A stretch of DNA of 64,000 nucleotides from Sediminibacterium sp. GTDB taxonomy: Bacteria > Bacteroidota > Bacteroidia > Chitinophagales > Chitinophagaceae. The stretch covers positions 2,590 to 66,589 of the forward strand of contig JBMSJE010000003.1 of the NCBI GenBank assembly GCA_049418605.1, read 5' to 3'. Position numbers and translations under genes: made by a program. The notes beneath the pieces were generated by a model, which saw only the letters and a list, made by a program, of their open reading frames with translations, was not told the DNA's origin and did no database searches. Shown here one piece after another: positions 36,350 to 46,644 of the stretch. How positions within the stretch are numbered: position 1 is the first letter of the stretch; each line of letters starts with the position of its first letter.

Positions 36350-38011
36350 CTACTTTGCCAAAGTTACGATAATATATGGGGTTACTTCCTTATCTCTTGT
36401 TGCCGGATTTAAAAATGGTAGCGTAAGCATACTTACTCCAAAATAAGCGTTTTTGTGCAGAATGATAGATCTTGGAAATTGTTGCAGAAGCTGCTGGTGG
36501 CTCGAGGCTTTTGTAATCAGTATTTGCCCTGGCGTTAACAGGCTACTATCGAATAGGCGTTCAAAAGAGTGATTGCCATAAAAATGAAGGGCCCTACTCT
36601 CATCAATTTGGTATAGGTAAATATTATTTTTAGACAGCTTGTGCTCGTTGATAAATGCAGCCGCAGAAACACCAAGCTCATACTTTAAAAGCCTTGGGTA
36701 AAAAGAAGTATTTAAAATAAAATTAACGCCCAAGATGGTATACAGGGCTAGTGAAATAAACTTTGGTAGTTGTCCTTTATAAAGAAACAATAGATATAAA
36801 AAATAGACACTGCCCATGATGGCAACTATTTTAACATAAACAGGCATGTCAGTAAAAACAAACAGTACAATCATAATTACAGTAGCCCATAACAATGAAA
36901 ATATGAATCCATGAAAATAGAGGAGCACTTTTTTAAGTTTCAAAAATCCTTGCGAAAAATAAAGTCCATGCAAACCTTTTGCTGTAACAACAGCCGCGAG
37001 TGGAAGTACTACAAATATATAATGCGGGAGTTGTGCTTGACTTCTAGCAAGCATACAATAGGTGGCAATAAATCCACCCGCAGCAATAAATTCCTGATGG
37101 CTAAGAAGTTTAAACTTGGCTTTTATAATGTCTTTGATGGATATCAAAAGCGACATTAAAAATATAAATACCCAAGGCAAAAAACTCCAAAGCATATTTT
37201 CCAATAAAAATGTAAAATGATTCATTTCATTGAATACGTTTTCGCCAGTATACCTGCCAAAACTTTGGGTCCAGTAATAAAAACGAAGTCCAGACTGTAT
37301 GGGCACGCCATGAATAATTTTTCCTGGATGCAGATCAAACTGCGTATAGAGACCAATGCTCATTGGAATCAGTAATAGGGCTACAATTACAATACCAGTG
37401 ATATATTCCCACCTAAAAAACTGCTTCCAGTTGCGCTGCAATAAAAAGTGTATCAAAAAACTTACACCCGGAACAACAATGGCAATAGGCCCTTTGGTTA
37501 ACATACCAAGTCCAATACCCAAAAAAGCCATCACAAAATGTTTCCAGGCATTACTTTGGTACCAGGCAGCTAACTGCCAAATACTAAACATCACAAATCC
37601 CATGAGCATAGTGTCACATCTAATATCGTGTGCCATTAAAATAAAAGCTTGTGACGACGCAAGCACCAAAACAGAAAACTGCGCTGTTAGCTTATTGTAA
37701 TATAAAAGGGTAAACCTGAACACCGACCATAGCGCCAGACCCAAACACAAAATGGAAGGTAAACGGTAAGCCCAGTCATGCACACCAAATAGCTGGATAC
37801 TTATTGAGGATAACCAAAATAACAAAGGAGGTTTATCTAAATAATCTTTTCCTAAATCATAGAGTTGCAAATAATTACCGGTACTAGCCATTTCCCTACT
37901 CATAGAGGCGTATTGCGCTGCATCTATATCAATTAATGGGATGCCGAGCATCCCTATCACGCATACCACACAAGCGGTTACCAACGAAAAAATAAAAAAC
38001 TTTTGACTCAT
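36350..38011 (-). CDS. GT-C glycosyltransferase family 39 (ArnT/PMT-like)
   Basis: 553 aa polytopic protein. YLDKPPLLFW motif in the first loop is typical of ArnT/PMT enzymes. Confidence 0.8.
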   Translation of the reverse strand: MSQKFFIFSLVTACVVCVIGMLGIPLIDIDAAQYASMSREMASTGNYLQLYDLGKDYLDKPPLLFWLSSISIQLFGVHDWAYRLPSILCLGLALWSVFRFTLLYYNKLTAQFSVLVLASSQAFILMAHDIRCDTMLMGFVMFSIWQLAAWYQSNAWKHFVMAFLGIGLGMLTKGPIAIVVPGVSFLIHFLLQRNWKQFFRWEYITGIVIVALLLIPMSIGLYTQFDLHPGKIIHGVPIQSGLRFYYWTQSFGRYTGENVFNEMNHFTFLLENMLWSFLPWVFIFLMSLLISIKDIIKAKFKLLSHQEFIAAGGFIATYCMLARSQAQLPHYIFVVLPLAAVVTAKGLHGLYFSQGFLKLKKVLLYFHGFIFSLLWATVIMIVLFVFTDMPVYVKIVAIMGSVYFLYLLFLYKGQLPKFISLALYTILGVNFILNTSFYPRLLKYELGVSAAAFINEHKLSKNNIYLYQIDESRALHFYGNHSFERLFDSSLLTPGQILITKASSHQQLLQQFPRSIILHKNAYFGVSMLTLPFLNPATRDKEVTPYIIVTLAK

Positions 38012-38598
38012 GAGCTAATATGTAAAGGATCAGATTTTTGATAGGCCCAACAAACAAAATGCCCTATTGCAAATCCAAGTAGCGCACCAAAAATTACATC
38101 TATTGGATAATGAACCCCAACATAAACCTGAGCATAACAAATAAGTGCCGCCCAAATAAAAATCAGGAATTTCCAATTGCCAAAAAAACGACCAAGGGTT
38201 ACAAACAAAAAAGTAGCTATACCAAAATGATTGGTGGCATGTGATGATGTAAAACTATACCCTCCCGAACAATGATCAAGTAGCATTCTTACTTGATCTG
38301 AAAACAATGGATCAGCACAGGGCCTTGGACGTTGTACCCAGTTTTTTATGATACTACTACTCAACTGATCTGTTAGTAAAACCGTGATAAATGCAAACAA
38401 CAACCACACCCACCCTTTTTTGCCAAAATTGACAAATACAAAAACAATTAAAAATATATAGAAAGGAATCCAAAAAGTAGACTCTCTAAAAAAAGGCATC
38501 AGTGTATCAAGTATTGGATGCGTAGCAACACGATTGATGTATACAAACAAACTTTGATCAATTGATTGTAAGGATTCAAAAAAAGAGGGCATAAACAA
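38008..38598 (-). CDS. PAP2 family lipid phosphatase
   Basis: Tripartite PAP2 motif (KNWVQRPRP, TSSHA, VGVHYPIDV). Its stop overlaps the GT39 start by 4 nt. Confidence 0.85.
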   Translation of the reverse strand: MFMPSFFESLQSIDQSLFVYINRVATHPILDTLMPFFRESTFWIPFYIFLIVFVFVNFGKKGWVWLLFAFITVLLTDQLSSSIIKNWVQRPRPCADPLFSDQVRMLLDHCSGGYSFTSSHATNHFGIATFLFVTLGRFFGNWKFLIFIWAALICYAQVYVGVHYPIDVIFGALLGFAIGHFVCWAYQKSDPLHISS

Positions 38599-38618
38599 CT
38601 GCTTAATAATTAAAGATA

Positions 38619-39371
38619 CTAAGAAACTGAATGTTTTTGAGCTACCAAAATAAGTCGATCAGAGTGCTCAGGGACATATGTGTTAAGCTGATAGTCACCA
38701 AAAATTGTCTTTATTTGAAAACCAGCTTTTTGCATAAATATGGTAAAATCTTGCAAATCATATTTTCTAACTCGTTCTTCAAAAACGCCTAAAACTTCAT
38801 GAGACGATGCATCAACAACCTTGATTTCTTTAAATAAATAAAGATCATCCTGCCATTTTTTGGTGTGAAATATCAAATGGTCTATTTGGATCATCGTATC
38901 ATTACCATTCGTTTCTTCGATTAATCCAACATTTAAATAATCGATGACCAGGGTACCATTTTCTTTTAAATTAGCCGCCATTGCGTTTATGGCTAATTGG
39001 TGCTCTTCATGGGTATCAAAATAACCAAAACTTGTAAAAAAATTAAAGGCATAATCAAAATAATTGGCTTTAAAAGTTTCCCGCATATCATGACAAAAAA
39101 ATTGCAAGCCATTGGTTTTCATATTTGATGCAGCATCGATAGATGCAGGTGACAAATCAATGCCAGTAACATCAAATCCGGCGTCAAATAAAGCCTTGCT
39201 ATGCCTCCCTTTTCCACAAGCGATATCAAGCATTGTAGCATGGGGCAATGGCTTCAAATAAGCGAGTAAATTATCAATAAACTGAAAAGCCTCTGAGTCA
39301 TCACGGTGTTGATACAATGTGTGATAATAGCTAGAATTAAACCAATCTGAAAACCAACCCTTTTTGCGCAT
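38619..39371 (-). CDS. class I SAM-dependent methyltransferase
   Basis: Motif I MLDIACGKGRHS. 250 aa. Confidence 0.85.
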   Translation of the reverse strand: MRKKGWFSDWFNSSYYHTLYQHRDDSEAFQFIDNLLAYLKPLPHATMLDIACGKGRHSKALFDAGFDVTGIDLSPASIDAASNMKTNGLQFFCHDMRETFKANYFDYAFNFFTSFGYFDTHEEHQLAINAMAANLKENGTLVIDYLNVGLIEETNGNDTMIQIDHLIFHTKKWQDDLYLFKEIKVVDASSHEVLGVFEERVRKYDLQDFTIFMQKAGFQIKTIFGDYQLNTYVPEHSDRLILVAQKHSVS

Positions 39372-39454
39372 ATAAATGTTTAAAACTCATGCGAAATTAG
39401 GGTAAGCAAAGCAACAAATTTGATTTATGTTTGCAGCTTTAATGAATAAGTGAT

Positions 39455-40849
39455 ATGGCATTAATTAAGAGCATTTCAGGCATTAGAGGCACTATTGGAG
39501 GTGTCCCAGGAGAATCGTTAAGTCCACTAGACATTGTTCGTTTTGCAGCAGCTTATGGTTCATGGCTTTTAGCAAACTCGGATGGCAATAAAAAAGTAGT
39601 GATTGGAAGAGATGGAAGGATTAGTGGAGAAATGGTACAATCACTGGTTGTAAACACACTAATCAGCTTAGGTATCGATGTGATTGATCTTGGTTTAAGT
39701 ACAACACCTACCGTAGAAATGGCGGTTGTATTTGAGAAAGCCGCAGGTGGCATCATTTTAACGGCAAGTCACAACCCCAAAGAATGGAACGCCCTAAAAT
39801 TACTCAACCATAAAGGTGAATTTATTAGTGGTGCCGATGGCGCTACCCTATTAGAGATTGTAAAGGCAGACAATTACAATTTTGCCAGTGTAGATCAATT
39901 AGGTACTGTTACTAAAAACGAAACGGCGCTAGACGAACATATAAAGGCTATTTTAGCCCATCCGCTTGTAAACGTTGCTGCTATCACTGCTAGTAATTTT
40001 TCAATTGTTGTGGACGCTATCAATAGCTCAGGTGCATTTGCTGTTCCTCAATTATTAACAGCACTTGGTGTACAACAAATAACTGTTATTAACGAAGAAG
40101 TAAATGGCAAATTTGCCCACAATCCAGAACCCTTACCAGAAAATTTAAGGGCTTTATGTAGTGAAGTATTAAAACAAAATGCAAGTATGGGTATTGCCGT
40201 AGACCCTGATGTGGATAGACTTTGCTTTGTTTGTGAAGACGGCAGTTTATTTGGAGAAGAATATACGCTGGTGGCTGTTGCAGACTATGTATTAAAAAAT
40301 AAAAAAGGAAATACAGTAAGTAATATGTCTTCTACCAGAGCACTGAGAGATGTTACTGAAAAGCATGGTGGCACTTACACACCTAGCGCCGTAGGAGAAG
40401 TAAACGTGGTTACAAAAATGAAAGCAACAAATGCAGTTATTGGAGGTGAAGGAAATGGTGGCATTATTGTACCTGAACTACACTATGGAAGAGACGCATT
40501 AATTGGTATTGCCTTATTTCTATCTCATTTGGCCATAGAGAAAAAAACAGTACAGCAGCTAAGAAACACCTATCCCGACTATTTTATGAGTAAAAATAAA
40601 ATAGAACTAACCCCAGGTATTGATCTAGAAAAAATATTTACGAGTCTTAAAGAAAAATACAAGAACCACTCTATCAACACAGAAGATGGTTTAAAAATTG
40701 ATTTTGAGCATGATTGGGTGCACCTAAGATCAAGCAATACAGAGCCCATCATCAGAATTTATGCCGAAAGTAATTCTCAAAATGTAGCTGATAATATTGC
40801 TCAAAAACTAATGAAAGACATCCAGGAAGTGGCTATTTCTATACAATAA
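39455..40849 (+). CDS. glmM: phosphoglucosamine mutase
   Basis: 464 aa. Active-site loop TASHNPKEWN, Mg site DPDVDR, and the Bacteroidetes-type N-terminus MALIKSISGIRG. Confidence 0.9.
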   Translation: MALIKSISGIRGTIGGVPGESLSPLDIVRFAAAYGSWLLANSDGNKKVVIGRDGRISGEMVQSLVVNTLISLGIDVIDLGLSTTPTVEMAVVFEKAAGGIILTASHNPKEWNALKLLNHKGEFISGADGATLLEIVKADNYNFASVDQLGTVTKNETALDEHIKAILAHPLVNVAAITASNFSIVVDAINSSGAFAVPQLLTALGVQQITVINEEVNGKFAHNPEPLPENLRALCSEVLKQNASMGIAVDPDVDRLCFVCEDGSLFGEEYTLVAVADYVLKNKKGNTVSNMSSTRALRDVTEKHGGTYTPSAVGEVNVVTKMKATNAVIGGEGNGGIIVPELHYGRDALIGIALFLSHLAIEKKTVQQLRNTYPDYFMSKNKIELTPGIDLEKIFTSLKEKYKNHSINTEDGLKIDFEHDWVHLRSSNTEPIIRIYAESNSQNVADNIAQKLMKDIQEVAISIQ

Positions 40850-40874
40850 ATAACAAATTCTTATCTTTGAAGAC

Positions 40875-42002
40875 ATGGAAAGGATTTACCTAGACAATGC
40901 GGCCACTACCCCATTAGACCCGGCGGTACTTGAGGCCATGATGCCTTATATGACAACCCATTTTGGTAATCCATCTTCTATTTATAGTTATGGTCGTGAA
41001 ACACGCTTGGCTATCGAAAATGCGCGAAAAAAAGTAGCGGCCTTATTAAATACACGTCCATCCGAAATATTCTTTACCAGCGGCGGAACCGAAAGTAGCA
41101 ATACCGCTATTCATGCTGCTGTGTATGATTTAGGCTGTACACATATTATCTCTTCTCCTATTGAGCACCATGCTACCAGTCATACGATTGAGCATTTAAA
41201 TAAAATTGGCGCTGCCTCTTTAAGCTATGTAAAGCTTTTACCTAATGGACATATAGATATTTCAGATCTAGAATCCCTGCTAAAAAATAGTACCCAAAAA
41301 TGTTTGGTAACACTCATGCACGCCAACAATGAAATTGGCAACATGATTGACTTACATCAAATTGGCAATCTTTGCAATCAATACAATGCCATTTTTCATA
41401 GTGATACGGTACAAACGGTAGGCCACTTCCCTTTTGATTTAAAAAACACCCCTGTTCATTTTATTACTGGTGCAGGTCACAAATTTCATGGCCCAAAAGG
41501 GGTAGGTATTTTGTATATCCACGAATCCATTAAAATAAAGCCATTTGTACATGGTGGTGCACAGGAGCGCAATATGCGTGCAGGTACCGAAAACTTATAC
41601 GGGATTGTTGGCTTTGCAAAAGCACTTGAAATTGCCACAGATCATTTTGAAAAAGATAGTGCCTATATAGGTGGACTTAAGTTATACATGATGGAGCAAC
41701 TCCAAAAAAATATAGAAGGTGTAACATTTAATGGAGATCCACTTGGAGCGGCTTTATATACCGTTTTAAGTGCCAATTTCCCAGCTTCTAACAAAAGTGA
41801 AATGCTTCTTTTTAATTTAGACATTCATCACATTTGCGCGAGTGGTGGTAGTGCTTGTAGCAGCGGGGCTAATGCAGGCTCACATGTAATTAGGGCCATC
41901 AATAACAACCCAGATATAACTACTGTACGTTTTTCCTTTAGCAAACACAACACCAAAAATGAAGTTGATGTTGTGGTTGCCAGATTAAAGGAAATGATTT
42001 AA
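40875..42002 (+). CDS. cysteine desulfurase (NifS/IscS class V aminotransferase)
   Basis: 375 aa. PLP lysine context (GAGHKFHGPKG) and active-site Cys loop SGGSACSS. Confidence 0.9.
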   Translation: MERIYLDNAATTPLDPAVLEAMMPYMTTHFGNPSSIYSYGRETRLAIENARKKVAALLNTRPSEIFFTSGGTESSNTAIHAAVYDLGCTHIISSPIEHHATSHTIEHLNKIGAASLSYVKLLPNGHIDISDLESLLKNSTQKCLVTLMHANNEIGNMIDLHQIGNLCNQYNAIFHSDTVQTVGHFPFDLKNTPVHFITGAGHKFHGPKGVGILYIHESIKIKPFVHGGAQERNMRAGTENLYGIVGFAKALEIATDHFEKDSAYIGGLKLYMMEQLQKNIEGVTFNGDPLGAALYTVLSANFPASNKSEMLLFNLDIHHICASGGSACSSGANAGSHVIRAINNNPDITTVRFSFSKHNTKNEVDVVVARLKEMI

Positions 42003-42009
42003 CGTATAC

Positions 42010-45000
42010 TTATCTACTAGTGTCTTTGGACATTAATTTACCAGGAATTTCAACGGATGGATTATACATCGTTTGCATTTGACCTAGTGCTTGCAAATAC
42101 GTTTCAGCTGTTTGTTTTTCTTGTGCCATGTTATCCGCTTTCATACCAGATAAAGTATTGTAATAATTAACTTGTTGTTGCAAGTCTTTTTTAACAGCCG
42201 CACTAACTTTTTGAATGAGGGCCTGGTCTCCGGCCAAATAACAAGCTTCTAAAAATAATAGAGAATTTCTGTTGTGCAAATTACCCCTGCTTGTTAAGCC
42301 ATAACCAAAATTGCTTTCATGCATCATTTTGTCAACTTTATTGAGCACAGCTCTTGCTTCTTCTTTTCTATTTTTTGCAGCTAAATCAATAGCAAGTTCT
42401 GCGTATGCAGACCTTATTCCACCTAAGTGTCTTCTATTTTCTTCGTCAAAATAAACACCTGGCTTATTAGCATTACCAAATGCAAACTTATTGGTTAGTT
42501 TATCTAGCATCCAATCCGTATTAACCTTACTATTCTTAACAGGCGTTAAACGGTAGCTTAATCCATCTCTACGCAAATACTGATCAAATCCAAGTTCAGC
42601 ACCAGCATTGGTAAAATAAATTGGACGCTTCCAATTATTAGCAGCAATAATATTTAATACAGCTGATTCATTTTTCATTAATGCATTGCGTGGTAACGAA
42701 AAATCCATTGAAGATAACACACTATCTGTGGCATTTACCGTACCATTTTTGATAGCAGCTGCCACATCTACTGGAACTGTTACATTTTTAACAGGGAAAC
42801 TATAATCATTATCTGGGTTGTCTTTACCCACATAATTTTTCATAACGTCGTACAAATTGTAAAACTTGTCATCCGGCATCGATGCATTTGGCTTGTACTC
42901 GATATAATCACGCTTACTACCCTCAATTTGATCTGCAGACCAAATCACATCAATAGCAGGACTCTCATTTACTTTATATCGAACCTGATTGATATACCAA
43001 TCAATACCAAGTAAACTATAATTAATAACACGAATATCTTTTCTAATACCTTCTACCTCCTGAGCATACCAGAGTGGATAGGTATCATTGTCTCCAAACG
43101 TAAATAAAATAGCATTGGGTGCACAACTCTCTAAATAATCTTTGGCTAAATCCCTAGCAATTACTTTGTTGCTTCTGTCATGATCATCCCATTCTTCGCT
43201 AGCCATAAGAGCAGGAACTGCTAATAAACAAACAACCGTTGCTACACCAGCTGCTGTGGTTTGATTGATTGATTTGCTTAATAATTCTTTTACCATGAGT
43301 ACACCAAGTCCAATCCAAACTGCAAAGGCATAAAAGCTTCCTACATATGCGTAATCACGCTCACGTGGTTGATATCCTGCCTGATTCAAATAAAGTACAA
43401 TGGCGAAACCTGTAAAGAAGAACATTAAAAAGTTAACACCAAAATCTGATTTCTTTTTCTTGTAATGAAAATACATGCCTAGTAAACCTAAAATAAATGG
43501 AAGCGCAAAAAGCTTATTGTGCGCCTTATTATTTTTTAAGCTATCTGGCATTGCAGACTGGTCGCCGTATAATAACTCATCAATAGGTGCAATACCTGTA
43601 ATCCAGTTACCATCTCTTACATTGCCTGCAAATAAACCTTGGTTGTCGTTTTGCTTACCCGCAAAGTTCCACATGAAATACCTGAAATACATCCAGTTTA
43701 ATTGATACTGGAAAAAGTATTTAACATTATCAACCTGATTGGGTGAACGCTCATAAGTGCCGTCTTGTAGACGATTGATACCTAAAAAATAAGCATAATA
43801 ATCTGCGTGGTTTTGATCATTACTTAAATCCCAAACACGTGGAAATACCATTTTATCTTCTGCGGCAAAAACATATTTTCGGTCTTCACCTAGCTCAATA
43901 TATTTATCTGTAGACTTTTGATAACGCATACCCGTATTTTTCACATCGATGGGTCTAGCATTAAATTTTTGACCGTATAAAAGTGGAAAATCACCATACT
44001 GTTCACGTCCTAAATAACCAACAAGACTAATTGGATTATCTACGTTGTACATATCTACTGATGGATTGGCACTGCTTCGAATCATGGTGGTTACATAACT
44101 ACTGTAACCAATTAACATAAATGTTAAACACCAAATACCAAGTCTAAGCATCGACCATCCTTTGGATGCAGCCACTTTTAAACCATACCAGATAAGACCA
44201 GCAACTAGAACAAAGAAAGTTGTAAAGCCGGTAAAAAATGGTAAACCAAAATTATTAACAAAAATGCGATCAAAGGTACCAGCGGCTTTTACTGTGTACT
44301 GGATAACGCCTACTTGAACAATTCCAGTTATAGCACAAGCAATTACAAAAAATATATAAATACCTCCATAGGTTTTTTTAACTCCTTGACCCCTAGATTC
44401 AAAAAGATAAAGTAATACAATAGCAGCAATGGTACCAAGCAGCATAAGTCCACCAAGTGTGCTATCCATTTCAACACCACGCTCTGGATTTACTTCGGCA
44501 TTGGATACAACGAGTCCACCTATAAAAGCAAGAACGCCGCCAACACCAATAATGCGTAAAAACCACTTGCGGATAACAGCATAATTGAAACTATCCTGTT
44601 TTTTGAAATAATAAACCATCACAATGGCTGGAATGGTTAATAGATTTAAAAGGTGAACCCCAATAGAAAGGCCCATCATAAAAAATATAAATACAATCCA
44701 CTTATCGGCATCCGCTTCACTAGCATGATTTTCCCATTTTAAAATAGCCCAAAAAACAATTGCCGTAAAAAAAGAAGACAACGCATATACTTCACCTTCA
44801 ACTGCACTATACCAAAATGAATCACTAAATGTGTAGGCAAGCGCACCAACAACACCAGCACCCATCACACTTATGATTTGACTTGTTGTTAAGGTTTCAG
44901 AAGTTTTGAGACCCATTATTTTGCGCGCAAAATGGGTAATGGTCCAAAACAAAAACAAAATGGTGAATGCACTAGCAAGTGCACTCATAATATTTACCGC

Positions 45001-45228
45001 CTTAGCGGCCGTTAATGGATTATCGCCAAACAGTACGATAAAGACACGACCAATAATTACAAATAAAGGAGCCCCCGGTGGATGCGGAATTTGAACCTTA
45101 AAACAACTACTCACAAACTCACCACAATCCCATAAACTACCCCCAGCTTCGGCCGTTAAAATATATACGGTGGCAGCAATCAAAAACACAACCCAACCAA
45201 TCAAATTATTAATTCTTGTAAAAAGCAT
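42010..45228 (-). CDS. DUF2723 (TMEM260-like GT-C) large membrane protein with a C-terminal helical-repeat domain
   Basis: About 1070 aa from the ATG at 45228 (MLFTRINNLIGWVVF). Conserved GGSLWDCGEF loop motif, more than 10 TM helices, and a soluble C-terminal half. Confidence 0.8.
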   Translation of the reverse strand: MLFTRINNLIGWVVFLIAATVYILTAEAGGSLWDCGEFVSSCFKVQIPHPPGAPLFVIIGRVFIVLFGDNPLTAAKAVNIMSALASAFTILFLFWTITHFARKIMGLKTSETLTTSQIISVMGAGVVGALAYTFSDSFWYSAVEGEVYALSSFFTAIVFWAILKWENHASEADADKWIVFIFFMMGLSIGVHLLNLLTIPAIVMVYYFKKQDSFNYAVIRKWFLRIIGVGGVLAFIGGLVVSNAEVNPERGVEMDSTLGGLMLLGTIAAIVLLYLFESRGQGVKKTYGGIYIFFVIACAITGIVQVGVIQYTVKAAGTFDRIFVNNFGLPFFTGFTTFFVLVAGLIWYGLKVAASKGWSMLRLGIWCLTFMLIGYSSYVTTMIRSSANPSVDMYNVDNPISLVGYLGREQYGDFPLLYGQKFNARPIDVKNTGMRYQKSTDKYIELGEDRKYVFAAEDKMVFPRVWDLSNDQNHADYYAYFLGINRLQDGTYERSPNQVDNVKYFFQYQLNWMYFRYFMWNFAGKQNDNQGLFAGNVRDGNWITGIAPIDELLYGDQSAMPDSLKNNKAHNKLFALPFILGLLGMYFHYKKKKSDFGVNFLMFFFTGFAIVLYLNQAGYQPRERDYAYVGSFYAFAVWIGLGVLMVKELLSKSINQTTAAGVATVVCLLAVPALMASEEWDDHDRSNKVIARDLAKDYLESCAPNAILFTFGDNDTYPLWYAQEVEGIRKDIRVINYSLLGIDWYINQVRYKVNESPAIDVIWSADQIEGSKRDYIEYKPNASMPDDKFYNLYDVMKNYVGKDNPDNDYSFPVKNVTVPVDVAAAIKNGTVNATDSVLSSMDFSLPRNALMKNESAVLNIIAANNWKRPIYFTNAGAELGFDQYLRRDGLSYRLTPVKNSKVNTDWMLDKLTNKFAFGNANKPGVYFDEENRRHLGGIRSAYAELAIDLAAKNRKEEARAVLNKVDKMMHESNFGYGLTSRGNLHNRNSLLFLEACYLAGDQALIQKVSAAVKKDLQQQVNYYNTLSGMKADNMAQEKQTAETYLQALGQMQTMYNPSVEIPGKLMSKDTSR

Positions 45229-45361
45229 AATTCTTCGTTTTAAAAGACAGACAAACATAACTTTTTAATCGTAAAATGTAAAGCCCAAAGGCTATTATTT
45301 CGGATTTTAAGATACTATTAAGGGCCAAAAAATCCATGTTCCTGCTTATCTTTGTGGGCTC

Positions 45362-46636
45362 ATGAGTCAAAATAGAACCGTTGCCTTTCATACACTTGGC
45401 TGCAAACTTAACTTTTCAGAAACCTCTACCCTATCTAGAATGCTAGAACAGGAAGGCTTTGATAAAAAAGAGTTTGATGACCTGGCCGACGTGTACGTTA
45501 TCAATACCTGTTCTGTTACAGACAATGCAGACAAAGAATGTAGACAAATTGTACGCCGAATTCAAAAAAGAGCCCCCGAAAGTTTTGTCGTAATTACTGG
45601 CTGTTATGCGCAGTTGAAACCCGCTCAAATTGCCCAAATTCCTGGGGTAGACTTGGTACTAGGTGCTGCCGAAAAATTTAACTTAGCAACCCATATTAGC
45701 AGTCTTTCAAAAGGTAACCCAACCACCATTTGCAGTTGCGACATTGGGAATGTAACAGGTTTTACCGCTTCTTTCTCTCAAAATGATAGAACCCGCTGTT
45801 TTTTAAAAGTACAGGATGGATGTGATTATAACTGCTCATTTTGCACTATTCCCATGGCAAGAGGTAAAAGCAGAAGTGATTTAGTAGCTAATGTGGTGGA
45901 GCAAGCTAACATGGTAGCAGCCAGTGGCGCAAAAGAAATTGTTTTAACAGGTGTTAATTTAGGTGATTTTGGGAAAGGGCCAAATGGAGAAAAACATACC
46001 GAAAGTTTTTTTGACCTGATACAAGCATTAGATAATATTGAGGGCATAGAAAGGTTCAGGATCTCTTCCATAGAACCCAATTTACTAACCCCAGAAATCA
46101 TTGAATTTGTTGCAAAGAGTAAAAAGTTTATGCCGCATTTTCATATACCCCTACAAAGTGGTAGTGCCGAAATTTTGGGACTCATGCGTAGGCGTTATAA
46201 GAAAGAATTGTATCAAGAGCGGGTTGCACTCATTAAAAAACTGATACCACACTGCGCCATTGGTGTGGATGTGATTGTGGGATTTCCAGGTGAAACAGAT
46301 GCACACTTTAAAGAAACATTTGACTTTTTACACGATTTAGATATTAGCTACTTGCACGTATTTACCTATTCCGAAAGGGACAATACCAAAGCATTAGAAA
46401 TAAAACCAATAGTTCCTGTTACTACCAGAAATGAACGCAACAAAGCCCTTCGAAATTTATCATTTATGAAGCTTCAATATTTTACTGCTGCACATGTAGG
46501 AAGTGCCCGCAAAGTACTCTTTGAAGACTTTAATAAAAATGGAATGATGGAAGGATACACAGATAATTATATCAGAATTACAACGCCATACAGGAAAGAA
46601 TGGGCCAATCAAATTATTGATTGGGAAATGCGATAA
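45362..46636 (+). CDS. mtaB: tRNA t6A37 methylthiotransferase
   Basis: UPF0004 N-domain Cys triad, radical-SAM CDYNCSFC and a TRAM-like C-terminus. 424 aa. Confidence 0.9.
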   Translation: MSQNRTVAFHTLGCKLNFSETSTLSRMLEQEGFDKKEFDDLADVYVINTCSVTDNADKECRQIVRRIQKRAPESFVVITGCYAQLKPAQIAQIPGVDLVLGAAEKFNLATHISSLSKGNPTTICSCDIGNVTGFTASFSQNDRTRCFLKVQDGCDYNCSFCTIPMARGKSRSDLVANVVEQANMVAASGAKEIVLTGVNLGDFGKGPNGEKHTESFFDLIQALDNIEGIERFRISSIEPNLLTPEIIEFVAKSKKFMPHFHIPLQSGSAEILGLMRRRYKKELYQERVALIKKLIPHCAIGVDVIVGFPGETDAHFKETFDFLHDLDISYLHVFTYSERDNTKALEIKPIVPVTTRNERNKALRNLSFMKLQYFTAAHVGSARKVLFEDFNKNGMMEGYTDNYIRITTPYRKEWANQIIDWEMR

Positions 46637-46644
46637 AACCTATA

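Noticed and set aside
45347-45354. TATCTTTG (TAnnTTTG match) 7 nt upstream of the mtaB ATG as a promoter giving a leaderless mRNA.
   Set aside because: There is no -33 TTG at a suitable spacing. A single 8-mer with two free positions is weak evidence on its own.
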